Shown here: one piece after another, positions 18,069 to 21,584 of the stretch | Position numbering within the stretch: position 1 is the stretch's first letter | Layout: each line of letters opens with the position of its first letter | NCBI GenBank assembly: GCA_049472355.1 | Contig: JBLIRP010000067.1 | Location: 1-21,584, forward strand | Direction of reading: 5' to 3' | Origin: a bacterium | GTDB taxonomy: Bacteria; SZUA-182; DTGQ01; JAFGSM01 | DNA length: 21,584 nt | The notes under the pieces: generated by a model | Seen by the model: the letters and a program-made list of their open reading frames with translations, nothing else | Databases searched by the model: none | What the model was told of the DNA's origin: nothing | Translations under genes and position numbers: made by a program

Positions 18069-18638
18069 TCATTCCACTGGGGGTCCGAAGTGGCGGTGCG
18101 TGCGACGCTGATACGCCTCATAGGCATCGCCGAAGACGCGACGGAGATGTTCTTCTTCGGTCGGCAGGTGAAGTCGGTAGCTGACCCAGAAGAGACCCGC
18201 CAGAAACAGCACCATTCCCGACCCACGAAGTAGCCCAAGGCCCACCAATACGAGAGTCCATCCGACCAACTGCGGGTTCCGACTCCAACGGTAGATTCCT
18301 TCGGTCACCAAGCACGAATGCTCCATAAAGTTCAAGCGCTTGACAGACCGAAACGCATACGCCGCGGCCGCGCATAACACGGCCCCGACGCTCACGAGCA
18401 CCACGCCGCCACCAACGGCTATCGGTGCGGGAAGGCTGAAGTGCCATGTGGACCACGCGGCGGCTACAACGACGAGCCCGAAATGAACCCCACTCAATGC
18501 CCAGATCAACGCGACAGTCGTGATGCTTGCGTCGCGGCGACTGCGGTACTCCTTTGTCAGGCGATTACCAACGACCGCACCCAGCGGGAGCAGCAGTGCC
18601 AACCCTGATATGAAAACCAAGCACTCATTCAGTTCCAT
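18069..18638 (-). CDS. Isoprenylcysteine carboxyl methyltransferase / PEMT-family membrane protein (gene cassette)
   Basis: LVTEGIYRWSRNPQLVG ... EEEHLRRVFGDAYEAYQRRT. Start moved to the first in-frame ATG after the attC. Confidence 0.85.
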   Translation of the reverse strand: MELNECLVFISGLALLLPLGAVVGNRLTKEYRSRRDASITTVALIWALSGVHFGLVVVAAAWSTWHFSLPAPIAVGGGVVLVSVGAVLCAAAAYAFRSVKRLNFMEHSCLVTEGIYRWSRNPQLVGWTLVLVGLGLLRGSGMVLFLAGLFWVSYRLHLPTEEEHLRRVFGDAYEAYQRRTHRHFGPPVE

Positions 18639-18665
18639 TTGGCCTGTCTTCTCATAGTCAGATCC

Positions 18666-18744
18666 GCCGAACGTGTGCCATGACGTGCTGAGGAAGCCGC
18701 GCAAAGCGCGGATTACTCAGTCGCCGTCGATGGTTTTGTTGGCG
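18666..18744 (-). mobile_element. Integron attC site (79 bp)
   Basis: R'' CGCCAAC and R' GTTCGGC. The bottom strand folds AAC/GTT, an unpaired spacer, ccatgacg / cgtc[G]atgg with an extrahelical G, gctgag / ctcag[T]c with an extrahelical T, and a terminal ccgcgc-aaa-gcgcgg. It lies between two co-oriented genes. Confidence 0.82.
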
Positions 18745-19885
18745 ACGACTGGGGCAGCCATCTCCATGTTCCGATCATATGCTTGACGAAGTCGTATTCC
18801 GCATAGTCACGTTTCTGAAGCTTGGATACCCATACTATCACCAAATAGATGTCCGTGCCGTGTTTGCATCCGTAAAGTGCACCTCTGTCGAGCCTATCTG
18901 TGCCTGACCATCGATAGCTGGTAAACGTCTGTTCGCCACCCATATGCATTTGAAGATCAAACGACAGTCCGAATTCCGATTCATGTTTGTCGAAAAACCT
19001 GGAAGCCCAACTTTCCATGGTAAGTCCTTCCGCAGGTCGGGTTTCTATCGTGATACGTATGGGCTGTTGGTTCCCCGCCTGTTCTGGGATCAGACGCACG
19101 AGTTCCTTCTGATCCTTTGTTTTGCCGATCTTCCATCCGTCAGGTATGGCGAGAGCAAAGCGATGCTCAGTGAAGTGATGTAGATCTTCTGAGAGGATCG
19201 AATCACGGCAGTCGAGGATCTTGACCTCGTATGATCCCGCTACGCCAGTTCCCTTCATGGCGCAGTATGTACCCGGCATCTCATCTGACACTATAATCTC
19301 TGAGTCAAATGCGCCTGGTCGGTCTTCAATCCGGTACTTGTATTTGTATGCGTGAAAGGTTCTTGTCTTGGTCTGGAAAGTCGTCTCGCCAATATACATA
19401 CCACTCACACGAGGATACTTTTCCCCCTGTTCAGGCCACAGTTCAAACTTGACGCATCCAGGCAAAATGGGGAGAGCCGCACTTCCCCGCATCGAGACAA
19501 GAAACAACGGGTTCTTCTGCTGTTTGTCGATCCATAATTGGACTTTGCTTGCAGATATATTCGATAGAGAACTTCCAGATTTCTGCCAGATCACTAAGGT
19601 CACATGCGTCTTCTTCTCATTGAGCAATATCTCAGTATCGACTCTTGTTTCTCTCAAGCCCAGTGGAGGAAGACTCGACGGTTTGGACATTTCTATGTTT
19701 GGGAACGGTAACTCTGGAATACCCGTACATTCCCTCGTCTGGCTTCTCTCCTCCCCGCCAGTTCGCCTTTCATTCATAAGGACCTCGAAGGTCGGTAGGG
19801 CACTATTTGTTACCTGAGAGGATGCACTCATCGGCAAACAGAGGAGTAATAGTCCGAGCAGGCCGAGTAACTTGCGTATCATCAT
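18713..19885 (-). CDS. Secreted hypothetical protein (gene cassette), 390 aa
   Basis: Start MMIRKLLGLLGLLLLCLPMSASS after GGGAGAAG. The extra 34 N-terminal residues in the ORF track are mostly intron DV/DVI sequence. The stop lies inside the attC. Confidence 0.8.
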   Translation of the reverse strand: MMIRKLLGLLGLLLLCLPMSASSQVTNSALPTFEVLMNERRTGGEERSQTRECTGIPELPFPNIEMSKPSSLPPLGLRETRVDTEILLNEKKTHVTLVIWQKSGSSLSNISASKVQLWIDKQQKNPLFLVSMRGSAALPILPGCVKFELWPEQGEKYPRVSGMYIGETTFQTKTRTFHAYKYKYRIEDRPGAFDSEIIVSDEMPGTYCAMKGTGVAGSYEVKILDCRDSILSEDLHHFTEHRFALAIPDGWKIGKTKDQKELVRLIPEQAGNQQPIRITIETRPAEGLTMESWASRFFDKHESEFGLSFDLQMHMGGEQTFTSYRWSGTDRLDRGALYGCKHGTDIYLVIVWVSKLQKRDYAEYDFVKHMIGTWRWLPQSSPTKPSTATE

Positions 19886-19907
19886 TGTGTCTTCTCCCGT
19901 TATGTCG

Positions 19908-19981
19908 ACCGGGTAGGTCGGGGGCATTGCGGCCCCTTTCCCCCTAAGAACCGTGCGTGAGAGTTTCCCCTCACACGGCTC
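19908..19981 (-). ncRNA. Group II intron domains V and VI
   Basis: DV GAGCCGTGTGAGGGGAAACTCTCACGCACGGTTC (19981-19948); DVI GGGG...GCAA...CCTACCCGGT with bulged A. Confidence 0.92.
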
Positions 19982-20023
19982 GGGCATTTCAATAAGCTGC
20001 CCTTGTGGGGCAACCCGACTGTT

Positions 20024-21475
20024 TCACGTCGTTGCCATCATTGCCTGATATTGGCGATGTGATAGCGCACCAAGCAGACGCGCTTCCTTCACGTTTCTCC
20101 TCCTCCAGTAGTATTCGCTGAATTCGGGAAGGTAAGGATTTGCTTCTGCTTTAATCTTTATATATCTTTTAATACCTATGGAGCCTACACGAATGACCTT
20201 CAGAATTCGTGTTTTCTTTTTGTGCTTATGTACAAATGAGAAGACATACTTTCCTGCGGCTGACCAATACTTCTTTATGAGCCAAGCCTTGGATTTATTC
20301 TGATGTCTTCTTCTTACCATGCGCCATAGCTGCTCAAAGACATACGTATCGACACGGCCGAATGCAACTGATGATACCACATGCCTGTGATAATTGGCCC
20401 AACCTCGAAGAGTTGCGTTGAGCTTTTTAATCAAGGCTTCAATGGGATCATTCACATGGTTACGTATAGTGTTTCCCACTTTTCTTATGAGGGATTGAAC
20501 ACCCTCTTTGGATGGGGTAATATGCAATATATTACCATGTTTTCGAAAAGTTTGCCCCAGGAACGTAAATCCATGTTTGATGTGAGTGATACAGGTCTTC
20601 TGCTCAGAGAGTTTTAGACCCCTTTCACTCAGGAACGTCTCTATAGCGGGTTTTATCGTCTCATCCAGAATCTTCTTGGATTTTCCGGTGACGATAAAAT
20701 CATCAGCGTACCGCACGAAGTTGACTCTTCTGCGCCTGGGCACAACCTGTTTGATGGTCTGCTCCAGGCCGTCCATGGCCATATTCGCTATGGTTGGGCT
20801 GATGATGCCGCCTTGAGGGGTTCCTTTCAGGGTCGGATATCTGATATTGCTTTCAATATATCCGGCCTCTAACCATTTTCGAAGAATGACCTTATCCATA
20901 GGAATAGTATCCAGCATCCAGTCTTTGGCGATATTGTCGAAACATCCGTCAATGTCGGCCTCAAGAATATAGGTTGCTGAATTGGGTTTGGAAAGAAAAT
21001 TGAAGGCGGCCTGTACGGCATCCGCGCAACTTCTGCCTTCCCTGAATCCATATGAATTCCTGTCCGCAGTGGTTTCCGCCACAGGGGATAATGCCAGCTT
21101 GTGTAATGCCTGCATTGCCCGATCAAACATGGTTGGAATCGAAAGAGGGCGTTTCTTTCCATCCTTCTTTGGAATATGTATCCTTCTTAGTGGTTGAGGA
21201 TCATAACCGTGTCGTTTTAGACTCAAGGCAGCCTGCATCTTGGCCTTATTGCCCTTCCACAGGATGCCGTCTATACCGGGAGTCTTCCTCCCTTGATTTG
21301 AGGTCACTCTTTTAACAGCAAGGAGCTTTGCGTGGAAAGAGTGGGTCAGGAGCCACTGTAACGATTTGACTTTACCGGGCTTTCCTTCCTTTACAGCCTT
21401 TGCAATACGCATTTGCAGTCTTCTGACATGACATTTTAAAGTCACCGGCAGGGGCACCAGGCATAAACCCGTCAT
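20024..21475 (-). CDS. ltrA: Group II intron reverse transcriptase/maturase, no HNH endonuclease domain
   Basis: VRRLQMRIAKA, TPGIDG, IPKKDGKKRPLSIPT..DRAMQ, SYGFR..RS..DA, GTPQGGIISP, RYADDF, FLG; maturase LRGWANYH. Confidence 0.95.
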   Translation of the reverse strand: MTGLCLVPLPVTLKCHVRRLQMRIAKAVKEGKPGKVKSLQWLLTHSFHAKLLAVKRVTSNQGRKTPGIDGILWKGNKAKMQAALSLKRHGYDPQPLRRIHIPKKDGKKRPLSIPTMFDRAMQALHKLALSPVAETTADRNSYGFREGRSCADAVQAAFNFLSKPNSATYILEADIDGCFDNIAKDWMLDTIPMDKVILRKWLEAGYIESNIRYPTLKGTPQGGIISPTIANMAMDGLEQTIKQVVPRRRRVNFVRYADDFIVTGKSKKILDETIKPAIETFLSERGLKLSEQKTCITHIKHGFTFLGQTFRKHGNILHITPSKEGVQSLIRKVGNTIRNHVNDPIEALIKKLNATLRGWANYHRHVVSSVAFGRVDTYVFEQLWRMVRRRHQNKSKAWLIKKYWSAAGKYVFSFVHKHKKKTRILKVIRVGSIGIKRYIKIKAEANPYLPEFSEYYWRRRNVKEARLLGALSHRQYQAMMATT

Positions 21476-21584
21476 CTGCGTTCCTACCTTCGAAGATTCT
21501 CAAAATTCTCTCGCAATGAAACACCTGTTGGAAGTGGGCACTCCTTTCGGAATCGAGAGATTCGAATCCCGAACCTTTAGAGTT

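Larger units (their letters stand above)
19908..21584 (-). mobile_element. Group II intron (IIB / chloroplast-like type), 5' part outside the window
   Basis: RT ORF followed by a 34-nt domain V with AGC triad and a domain VI ending CCTACCCGGT. The 3' end is uncertain by 1-2 nt. Confidence 0.9.

Noticed and set aside
20024..21475. DGR, retron or CRISPR-associated reverse transcriptase
   Set aside because: Maturase domain and downstream DV/DVI identify a group II intron; no template/variable repeat pair with adenine-specific mismatches was seen.

Overview
The window has three parts. (1) About 1-9900 is an AT-richer accessory region downstream of a tRNA-fMet gene. It encodes secreted proteins: a beta-propeller-repeat protein, two proteins sharing a PPYNVLWPLWSPxLSP motif, a protein with a Gly/Tyr/Pro-rich tail, and two paralogues that each carry a conserved ~520-bp upstream non-coding block. 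It also holds one intact and two broken PIN-type toxin-antitoxin modules, a LuxR remnant, a 170-bp MITE and a REP-like doublet. (2) 10040-17892 is a GC-rich, minus-strand tetrapyrrole cluster: precorrin-2 dehydrogenase, ccsA, hemA, hemC, cobA-hemD fusion, ahbC, hemB. This order resembles that of anaerobic Desulfobacterota-like bacteria. (3) 18069-21584 is the end of a minus-strand integron cassette array (two genes, one clear attC) plus a group II intron whose 5' part lies outside the window. The most notable observations are a IIB-like intron apparently inserted in an attC R' box in the same orientation as the cassettes, a patchwork secreted protein whose predicted mature N-terminus resembles the first helix of HU, and a duplicated leader that is more conserved than its genes and shows a compensatory base-pair change. 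All calls come from reading the sequence by eye; no searches were run.
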